Origin: Candidatus Thorarchaeota archaeon
Lineage (GTDB): Archaea; Asgardarchaeota; Heimdallarchaeia; Hodarchaeales; Hodarchaeaceae
Direction of reading: 5' to 3'
DNA length: 24,000 bases
Assembly (NCBI GenBank): GCA_048882505.1
Contig: JBHLRO010000018.1
Span: forward strand, 1-24,000
Shown here: positions 1 to 6,425 of the stretch, piece after piece
How positions within the stretch are numbered: position 1 is the stretch's first letter
Layout of the letters: the number at the start of each line of letters is the position of its first letter
Made by a program: the position numbers and the translations under genes
Notes under the pieces: generated by a model
Databases searched by the model: none
Seen by the model: the letters and a program-made list of their open reading frames with translations, nothing else
Told to the model about the DNA's origin: nothing

Positions 1-345
1 ACGTATCCCTCAAGTCTCTGGGAACCTTTTGTTTCCAAGGCATCGGGCGTTGTTTTTGTATTTGACTCCGCAGATCAATCAAAGATCGAGGACGCAGGTA
101 GATGGTTACAGAAGGTTATAAAATGGTCTCCCGAAGATTCAGCGTTCCTTTTTTTAGCGAATAAGCAAGATCTCGCCGAAGCTATGTCGTTGCGACGGAT
201 TGTTGACCTACTAGGGCTTGAGCATGAAATGTCAGCACGGCCGCGCACATTTGCAGTTTATCCCTGTTCCGCTCTGACGGGTGAAGGCGTGGACGAACCC
301 TGGCAATGGATGAGCGAACGATTCAGTACCCGTAGTGCACGATAA
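1..345 (+). CDS. Arf/Arl/Sar-family small GTPase, C-terminal part (5' end lies outside the window)
   Basis: Frame 1 is open from nt 1 to TAA at 343-345. It is absent from the ORF track because no start codon lies in the window. The translation ...WEPFVSKASGVVFVFDSADQSKIEDAGRWL...FLFLANKQDLAEAMS...YPCSALTGEGVDEPWQWM carries G4 (NKQD) and G5 (SAL/TG) motifs with Arf-like spacing. Confidence 0.8.
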   Translation, partial: TYPSSLWEPFVSKASGVVFVFDSADQSKIEDAGRWLQKVIKWSPEDSAFLFLANKQDLAEAMSLRRIVDLLGLEHEMSARPRTFAVYPCSALTGEGVDEPWQWMSERFSTRSAR

Positions 346-366
346 AACGATCAGGTGGTCAAGCGT

Positions 367-930
367 ATGAGCTTCATTGCGAAACTGAGAGCAAAACTCG
401 CCAAAGAAAAACTCAGCGTCAAGATCGCCTGGCTGGGGTTGGATCATGCGGGAAAGACCACTATTGTTAAACGTATTACCTCTGGAATTTTTGATAACTC
501 AACATTCAGGACTCTCGGTATGAATGTCGATGAATTCACATCTGGTAATGTTAGATTCATATCATGGGATATAGGTGGGCAGGAAGCCTTTAGAGAGAGT
601 TTATGGGAGAGTTACATGGCGGGATCCATGGGGATAGTGTATGTAATTGATAGTGCGGACAGACATCGCTTTTTCGAAGCAAAAGAAGAGCTTTGGAAGT
701 ACGTTTTGGATAACGATAAGGTAGAGAACATTCCTATCTTGGTATTGGCGAACAAACAAGACTTAGAACATGCAGCATCGGCGGGAGAGGTTGCAAGAGC
801 CTTAAATCTACACAGAGTGACCACACATTCGTATGCAATTGTACCGACATCAGCAAAAACAGGCTTCAATGTTGAGGAAGGCCTAGAGTGGCTGCGACAG
901 CGAGTTACCGAGAAGTTGGATACGCTTTAA
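367..930 (+). CDS. Arf/Arl/Sar-family small GTPase (Asgard-type Arf-related)
   Basis: Motifs seen: GLDHAGKTT (Arf-type P-loop), WDIGGQEAFR (G3), LANKQDL (G4) and TSAKTG (G5), after a short amphipathic N-terminus (MSFIAKLRAKLAKEKL). It is alignable along its length with eukaryotic Arf1 as I remember it. The ORF track starts at GTG 355. I prefer ATG 367, which has AGGTGG 8 nt upstream. Confidence 0.9.
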   Translation: MSFIAKLRAKLAKEKLSVKIAWLGLDHAGKTTIVKRITSGIFDNSTFRTLGMNVDEFTSGNVRFISWDIGGQEAFRESLWESYMAGSMGIVYVIDSADRHRFFEAKEELWKYVLDNDKVENIPILVLANKQDLEHAASAGEVARALNLHRVTTHSYAIVPTSAKTGFNVEEGLEWLRQRVTEKLDTL

Positions 931-960
931 CCCAACGATGCACTGATCGAGCGCAAAGGA

Positions 961-1752
961 TTAACGGCTTTTCCGAGTTGCTATCCTTTCTGAAACGAAG
1001 TTGACTCGGCTGCAGAGTGCTATAAAGAGGTCATACATCCGCCTAAGATCCAAGGACTCATTAATGAGCGAATAGATTCTAATCGTTGGGTCGTCGGCAG
1101 AATCAATAGAAATCCGCACCAGTCCTTCTCGATTGTTGTAAATAGACTTAAGCAGATCTTTGTCACCAAGGAGAAAGAGACCGCTCTTCTGAGAAGTAGC
1201 TTTAATCAAAAAATACTCATCTAGGCTGGGAACGTTGAGAGTGATTGTATCAAGAGTGAATAACAGATCCTGATGCTTTCGGATTTGCCCTTCCTCCTTT
1301 TTTGGGATGATTTGAAGTTTTGTTTGGATTTTTCCTTTCTTGGCATTAGCTTCCAAAGCGATATAGTCCTTGGCTCCTGAAAACCATGAAATGATGACAG
1401 ACAACATCAGATGGCGTTCTTCCAGCGCAAAAACTACCCGAAAGTCTTTAAAAGGAGGTGAATAAGATCCTTTATAACGGGGAATTAGGAGGCCTCCATT
1501 GGAGGAGAGTTGGTCTACAATTAAGTCATCAAACTCCTGAGAGAACACATCAAGTAATAATTCACGATTTTTCTCAACGATTTTGTGGTTTTTTCTTCTG
1601 CCAGCCCAGAGCAAGTAGAAAGTATAGAATAGAATTAATGCAGGACCGATTAATGGGAGGACGAGATCCAACCAAGAGTAAGAGCCCGTCTGAAGGAAAA
1701 ATTGGCTCAGATTTTGAAAGAATTCCATCACTAGGTAAAAGAACGCCATCAT
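961..1752 (-). CDS. Hypothetical membrane-anchored protein (one N-terminal TM helix, ~200-aa soluble region of unknown fold)
   Basis: A 263-aa ORF with an ATG-ATG start. It has a hydrophobic helix LDLVLPLIGPALILFYTFYLLWAG followed by RRK. I recognise no motif in the remainder. It is co-directional with the JAMM gene and starts 45 nt downstream of it. Confidence 0.55.
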   Translation of the reverse strand: MMAFFYLVMEFFQNLSQFFLQTGSYSWLDLVLPLIGPALILFYTFYLLWAGRRKNHKIVEKNRELLLDVFSQEFDDLIVDQLSSNGGLLIPRYKGSYSPPFKDFRVVFALEERHLMLSVIISWFSGAKDYIALEANAKKGKIQTKLQIIPKKEEGQIRKHQDLLFTLDTITLNVPSLDEYFLIKATSQKSGLFLLGDKDLLKSIYNNREGLVRISIDSADDPTIRIYSLINESLDLRRMYDLFIALCSRVNFVSERIATRKSR

Positions 1753-1797
1753 TGAACCCAGCTGTAGGGAAGATTGCCGTCGTTAATAACTGTTGTT

Positions 1798-2340
1798 TCA
1801 CGGGGCGCTTTCTCTAATGTAGCTAGCAACCTCTTGCGCACGGAAGGGTCTTTTCTCTTGTTGCCCCACAACTTGGTAACATTGAAACACGGCCCGTCCG
1901 TTGCTTTCAATCTGGGTGGGATCAATAACCAAAGCAACAGATAACGCTTGGTGCAGCTGGAAGGAGTAGATATGGGTGGAAATATCAGTCTGGGACAGGA
2001 ATAGGCCGTACCCGGGATGTGAATGCCACCAACCCACACAATGGAGATCTTCCTCGAGAAGCTGTTCAAAGGAAGAAAAATCATCTTCGGAAAATTCAAC
2101 TGAGGTCTCATCACCTTCAGTGACAAACAGAAGTCTAGTGATGAGGAGTTCGTTGGTACGGAACTCTTTACCACCAAGGAGTCCAATGGCTTCACGAGGG
2201 ATTGCCTGCTGGGCGTGTTGAGTCATTTTATCTAAAAGGGAACCCAGAAGGGTAATTGATGAAACTTGGGTTTCTAATTGGATCGGCAGTTCTCTCGGAT
2301 CTTCCGATTCTGAACGGTTCGTTAAGTTCCTTTTTGGCAT
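1798..2340 (-). CDS. JAMM/MPN+ metalloprotease (Rpn11/CSN5-like deubiquitinase candidate)
   Basis: The complete JAMM signature is present: an upstream Glu (PREAIGLLGG) and HSHPGYGLFLSQTD, which equals H-x-H-x7-S-x2-D. ATG start. It begins 27 nt downstream of the E2 gene on the same strand. Confidence 0.9.
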   Translation of the reverse strand: MPKRNLTNRSESEDPRELPIQLETQVSSITLLGSLLDKMTQHAQQAIPREAIGLLGGKEFRTNELLITRLLFVTEGDETSVEFSEDDFSSFEQLLEEDLHCVGWWHSHPGYGLFLSQTDISTHIYSFQLHQALSVALVIDPTQIESNGRAVFQCYQVVGQQEKRPFRAQEVASYIRESAP

Positions 2341-2367
2341 GAAATGTCCCCCGTTGCAATGTAAAAG

Positions 2368-2913
2368 CTAGGAGGAAGCAAATTTTTTGGTCCAAGTGAC
2401 CGCCTTGTTCCAAAAGGTGCTGAAATCCTCTTTCATTTCTTTACCAGCATCAGGATTAAAGGGATCATTTGGATCAACTAGGTATTCTGGAAAATCGTTC
2501 GTTCCAGCTGTTTGATAGACTTCTAACATCATTTCTAGATGTTCAAACACGCTCGGGAGGGTGATGGTTTCTTTCCAGCCTCCAGTCTGTCCGAGGTTAT
2601 TCCAATTCACTAGACTTAAACAGACATTAGATCCCCATTTCCATCGTGTTTCCCCTACCGCAATGTTCGGATGATAAATCTGAGTAACGAAATTACAAAT
2701 AGGAGGTTTAAAAGGATAGCTGGGAGGCAATTCTACAGCGATTTCCCAGGTTCCACCTTCATAAGGAGTTCCTTCTCGGCCCTTGACCCAGGCTCTATAC
2801 TGATGCAGATCATTGTTTACGATTTTCCATTGTATTGGGCTCGATTTAGGAGGATAGACTTTGAGCATCCTCTTGAACTCTTCTCTTAGGCGTCTTGAGT
2901 GTAAATCCTGCAA
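2368..2913 (-). CDS. Ubiquitin-conjugating enzyme E2 (UBC fold, HPN triad and catalytic Cys present)
   Basis: Motifs seen: YPFKPPICNFVTQIYHPNI...GSNVCLSLV...GW..TITL...DPNDPFNPDAGKE...W. This is the canonical UBC order: YPxxPP flap, HPN, active-site Cys, then the C-terminal DPNxxxP helix region. The start is TTG at 2913, and there is no in-frame ATG that would retain the N-terminal helix (RRLREEFKRM). Confidence 0.9.
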   Translation of the reverse strand: MQDLHSRRLREEFKRMLKVYPPKSSPIQWKIVNNDLHQYRAWVKGREGTPYEGGTWEIAVELPPSYPFKPPICNFVTQIYHPNIAVGETRWKWGSNVCLSLVNWNNLGQTGGWKETITLPSVFEHLEMMLEVYQTAGTNDFPEYLVDPNDPFNPDAGKEMKEDFSTFWNKAVTWTKKFASS

Positions 2914-3379
2914 TGCGATGCCACCTTACTGATTGAGTGCGACCTAGGGGTCTACTATATATATTGAATTTTAAATCTATTACCCTAGTATAGGCGGCCT
3001 CAAAGGTTTTACTTATTTTCCTAGTCTTCTCCTCCACCAGAAGGCGAGTTGGATCTAGGCACCGTTGAACACTTTTAAAATAGTGCTTCAAATAGTGAAA
3101 TTCCTTCCAAGTGATCCCCTAATTCTTTCAAATACTATAATACTCTAGATAGCTGAATAAAAGCTTAAAAGATTTTTGAAATCATGGATAAAATCCCACT
3201 CGAGACATGATAATACTATGAATAGATCTGAGGTTTTCTCATCCAAAATTGAAATGAGAAAGAGCAGAAAGTTATTATAAAAAGAAGGACCGCAGAGAAC
3301 AGGATCTTCATCATGAAACTTTAAAAACCTGCAATCATGATTATGGGTAGATATTGCTATTGATTAAGAGGATCTCCCT
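2914..3379. promoter_or_regulatory. AT-rich divergent intergenic region between the E2 operon and the ZnR-Ubl-E1 operon (presumed bidirectional promoter region)
   Basis: A 466-nt spacer with several TATA-like tracts: tatatatattgaattttaaat near 2955-2975, tataatact/aataaaagcttaaaag near 3135-3170, ttattataaaaag near 3272-3284 and ctttaaaaacc near 3319-3329. It has no convincing ORF. The exact promoter elements were not determined. Confidence 0.3.
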
Positions 3380-4171
3380 ATGGCAGCGCTAACTGAAGTA
3401 AGTACCTGTAACGGCTGTGGGGCTCCTCTTCCTTTCAGACCAACAGCTGGGCAGGCGGTTAAATGTGAGTACTGTGATTTGACTAACTATTTGAAGAGAT
3501 CCGTAGCCCCTGCTGAAGTCGAACAAGGTTTGGATGAAGCGATCGAATCTGAAGTATATTACCAGATATACCAAACTGCTCAAGAGATTCTGGAAAATTT
3601 CCCAGGAGAGTATGTTGGTGATGAGATCGGCAAGCTCAGGATTAAAATGCAGGTCGGACAGTACGCTTTTACCCTTCTTCTTGTATTGGATGACCTACCA
3701 GATCGCCCCTATATTGACGGTCCAGCCAAATTACGTGAGATTTTAGATTGTGAGATGACAGAGCTAGAATCCATGAAAGAATGGCGACCTGGGGTAAGTT
3801 CCGTTTTGGAGGTGTTAGAGGAGATCCATCGCCGTGCCTCGGTCGCACTTCCGGAAGCAATGGGTGAGAGTCTAGCTTCAACTACTGGAGTGGTTCCAAC
3901 TGATAGAAAAGAACGGGATCCTCTGATTCAGAAGATTCTAAGTAATTATGATGCATCTGTTTCTAAAAAGGAGATATTAATTAGATTTTACGCGGAAACG
4001 GGCGATGTTATTAACTTTACCATTAAAAGGAAGAAGAATTTCCCTATTGGTCTTGAGAGCGAAATCCTTGCAAAATATCCGCTCATCCGTGGTCCCTTGG
4101 AGGATTATGCTAAAGGTCGAATTGATCTCCTGCAAACATTATCAGAAATTGAACGTTTATTATACGTTTAG
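3380..4171 (+). CDS. Zn-ribbon protein with a possible divergent UBC/UEV/RWD-like core (function unknown)
   Basis: ATG start. The N-terminus has CNGC-x15-CEYC (a four-Cys ribbon). Further on, YAFTLLLVLDDLPDRPYIDGPAKLREILDCEMTELESMKEWRPGVSSVLEVLEEI resembles the E2 pattern of YPxxPP flap ... C ... W-x-P-x-h-x-x-VL, but it lacks the HPN triad. It is the first gene of the plus-strand Ubl-E1 run. Confidence 0.55.
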   Translation: MAALTEVSTCNGCGAPLPFRPTAGQAVKCEYCDLTNYLKRSVAPAEVEQGLDEAIESEVYYQIYQTAQEILENFPGEYVGDEIGKLRIKMQVGQYAFTLLLVLDDLPDRPYIDGPAKLREILDCEMTELESMKEWRPGVSSVLEVLEEIHRRASVALPEAMGESLASTTGVVPTDRKERDPLIQKILSNYDASVSKKEILIRFYAETGDVINFTIKRKKNFPIGLESEILAKYPLIRGPLEDYAKGRIDLLQTLSEIERLLYV

Positions 4172-4266
4172 AAAAGGTACAAAGGTGAGTTTCGATTAGC
4201 AAGAAAAAAGATGTGGTCTGGGATTCAGGCTCAAAACGCGCGCCCTCCTCTGAGGGTATTGAAAAA

Positions 4267-4518
4267 ATGATCAAAGTTCGATTCAAGGATCCTCAATTGC
4301 CGCCTGATCAAAATGTCAAGGAGAAATATGTAAATCTGCAAGGAAATGTGTTTCAAGCAATTTCAGCGGCGCGCGATGCATTTAATATTCCTGAGGTAGT
4401 GCCCATCGCCCTATTGTATAAGGGACGTCGGTTAAATCCCTCGAACACCTTGAGTTCATATGGAATCGAGCAAAACTCGATGTTGATGATCGTCCCCGAC
4501 CAGATTAAAGGTGGGTAA
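4267..4518 (+). CDS. Ubiquitin-like beta-grasp modifier ending in Gly-Gly-stop
   Basis: MIKVRFKD...LLYKGRRLNPSNTLSSYGIEQNSMLMIVPDQIKGG*. The C-terminal half parallels ubiquitin ([34 protein letters not shown]). The codons are ggt ggg taa at 4510-4518. The ORF track starts at GTG 4213. I prefer ATG 4267, which gives 83 aa and matches the beta-1 strand start. Confidence 0.85.
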   Translation: MIKVRFKDPQLPPDQNVKEKYVNLQGNVFQAISAARDAFNIPEVVPIALLYKGRRLNPSNTLSSYGIEQNSMLMIVPDQIKGG

Positions 4519-4602
4519 CTCTTCTATTCTGAAGTCATAGAATCTGGTCATAGCTGGCAGGTCAACCTTACAAAAAAGGGAACGTCCGCCTGATTCAGTG
4601 TC

Positions 4603-5844
4603 GTGGAATACCAAATGATGACGGACTCTAGGGCTTCAAGGTATGATCGCCAAGAACGTCTTGTATTATGGGATCAACGGCTTATATCAAACTCTTGTGT
4701 CCTCATAGCAGGTGTTGGGGGAACCGGCAGCGAAGTAGCGAAAAACCTGGCACTTCTTGGAATTGGGAGGCTCATCCTAGTGGATCAAGATACAGTGGAA
4801 TACTCCAATCTCAATCGACAAATGTTGTTTAGCGAGAAGGATGTTGAGAAACGAAAGGTTGTTGCAGCGAAGCAGAACATAGCGGAGAACTTGAATCCTA
4901 ATCTTGAAATTGATATTCATAGCCAAACCCTCCAATCGATACCACAAAGGGTGTTTGAGGAAGTTGACATTATTGCAGGTTGTATAGACAATTTTCTGGG
5001 TAGACAATTTCTGAATGCACAAGCCATTGAACTGTACAAACCCTATATCGATTCTGCTACTGACGGTTTTTTTGGACAGGTTCAGTATGTAAAACATGAA
5101 ACCTCAGCATGCCTAGCATGTGATAATCCACTGCCGCCCGAAGAATTCCAGATTCTTACTGAACCGTGTACTTTAGTTGGGGTACCACGCATCAGAGAAC
5201 ATTGTGGCTGGAAGGCCTTATACGATTTTAATACAGCCTATCAACGGATGCCAGATGAGAATTCAACGGAGGAGCTAGCTTGGCTAATTGAGCGGGCCAA
5301 TCGCTATGCTGTCGAGTATAATTTCGGGCAATTTGAGAAGATGGAGCTTCTCCAGATGATACTCTTCCATGTTCCAAGTCTTGTGACCGTCAATGCTGTT
5401 ATTAGTGGCATTCAAAGCCAGGAAATCGTTAAGGCCCTTTTTCTCGAAAAGAAGTCTCAACTGAATAAGGATGAAAGAGCTACACTTGAGAGATTGCAGA
5501 AGGGTAATCGATACCGGATTCCCCATCTTACAATTTACTCTGCGTTGACTGGAACCGTTAATTCCTTCGATCTTGTCCCTGATCAAGAATGTTTAGTTTG
5601 TGGGTCATTATCTACTTCACGAAAAAAGCTAGCTGAGATCCGTGTAAGCAGGAACTCATTATTTCAATCCGTATTGGAAAAAATGGGTTATAGAAATCAT
5701 ACTGAGTACATCGGATTTCGAGGAAATTATCACATTCCAGAAGATGTAACCCTAGGGGAGGTTCTTTCTGATGGTGATCGGATCACGTTGAGTTCAATAA
5801 ACAATGACAATGAACTACGGTTGAAAGTTCGGTTTATTGACTAA
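4603..5844 (+). CDS. E1-like ubiquitin-activating (ThiF/MoeB/UBA-family adenylating) enzyme with a C-terminal beta-grasp-like extension
   Basis: RYDRQERLVLWDQRLISNSCVLIAGVGGTGSEVAKNLALLGIGRLILVDQDTVEYSNLNRQMLF is the classic Rossmann/nucleotide motif of the family. Two CxxC pairs are present (CLACD and CLVCG, a structural Zn site). The C-terminal ~70 aa (…LGEVLSDGDRITLSS…LRLKVRFID) looks beta-grasp/UFD-like. The start may be GTG 4603 or ATG 4615/4618. Confidence 0.9.
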   Translation: MEYQMMTDSRASRYDRQERLVLWDQRLISNSCVLIAGVGGTGSEVAKNLALLGIGRLILVDQDTVEYSNLNRQMLFSEKDVEKRKVVAAKQNIAENLNPNLEIDIHSQTLQSIPQRVFEEVDIIAGCIDNFLGRQFLNAQAIELYKPYIDSATDGFFGQVQYVKHETSACLACDNPLPPEEFQILTEPCTLVGVPRIREHCGWKALYDFNTAYQRMPDENSTEELAWLIERANRYAVEYNFGQFEKMELLQMILFHVPSLVTVNAVISGIQSQEIVKALFLEKKSQLNKDERATLERLQKGNRYRIPHLTIYSALTGTVNSFDLVPDQECLVCGSLSTSRKKLAEIRVSRNSLFQSVLEKMGYRNHTEYIGFRGNYHIPEDVTLGEVLSDGDRITLSSINNDNELRLKVRFID

Positions 5845-5882
5845 AAAGACTTCTTTATCTCATAGATAGAAAAACCAAGCTA

Positions 5883-6233
5883 TTAATCGTCTGTTTTCGA
5901 GGGAATAAAAACTTTGATCTTCTTCCGTTCCTTAGGTTGAATTACGGGTATAGGGGGGTTAATATATGGTTTTTTATATCCTAACTCGGGTTCTACTGTA
6001 TCTTGCTTACCGAGCGAGGCAAGTTTATCGTAAAGCTGACTATAGATCTTATCCTTGGAGGGCTGTTGTTGATTGGATTTTTGAATAGGCTTGGAACGTT
6101 GATATCTCCTAGGTTGGGAAACGACATTGGCCTTCCCACAGCGAGGGCAAAACCAACGACCAGAAATCGGTTTATCTCTGGGAACATGACCACAATGTCG
6201 ACATTGTAAAGATTCTTCATTCTCTGGATTCAC
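5883..6233 (-). CDS. Small Zn-ribbon protein with a Lys/Pro/Gln-rich low-complexity tail (unknown function)
   Basis: CRHCGHVPRDKPISGRWFCPRCG (CxxC-x15-CxxC) at the N-terminus, followed by ~85 aa of polar low-complexity sequence. GTG start. It is a stand-alone gene, convergent with E1 and divergent from the 588-aa gene. Confidence 0.45.
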   Translation of the reverse strand: MNPENEESLQCRHCGHVPRDKPISGRWFCPRCGKANVVSQPRRYQRSKPIQKSNQQQPSKDKIYSQLYDKLASLGKQDTVEPELGYKKPYINPPIPVIQPKERKKIKVFIPSKTDD

Positions 6234-6425
6234 TTGGAGTCAATCCGTAACAAAATTTGGTTCACTGTTTTACTAGACACACCGTCAACGCCTTTAAAAT
6301 ATTACTGTGGGAAGCATGCTATTATATATGATTTCAGAATTGGAACTGATTCAACGGCAGGGATAAATTCTGTGAGAAAGGCTTTTTGACAATCTGATTT
6401 TGTTTTTATTAAAAGAGGAACTGGT

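Noticed and set aside
1458-2221. ORF-track entries 1458..1817(+), 1574..1801(-), 1749..2195(-) and 1976..2221(+). Similar antisense or overlapping ORFs include 232..447, 612..869, 2671..2889, 3389..3881, 4777..5097, 5284..5586, 7512..8074, 8223..9170, 9215..9807, 14212..14484, 14876..15121, 15906..16094, 16573..17233, 18175..18908 and 21926..22263.
   Set aside because: They lie inside, or antisense to, ORFs with strong family motifs (TM protein, JAMM, E2, E1, GlyRS and others). Their translations are low-complexity or Ser/Arg/Leu-rich, as is typical of shadow frames, and they carry no recognisable motifs.
2846-3091. 81-aa basic minus-strand ORF in the divergent spacer, overlapping the E2 5' end.
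   Set aside because: It starts at TTG, overlaps the E2 coding start by 68 nt in another frame, has no motif, and has a composition consistent with a chance ORF in AT-rich DNA.
961-5844. Interpreting the Ubl/E1/E2/JAB set as a Bil-like antiphage defence island.
   Set aside because: The context is housekeeping or ESP genes (Arf-like GTPases, EAP30, translation factors), with no nucleases, integrases or other defence genes nearby. The E2 is a canonical HPN UBC, and E1 and E2 are separate genes. This reading is not formally excluded without phylogeny.
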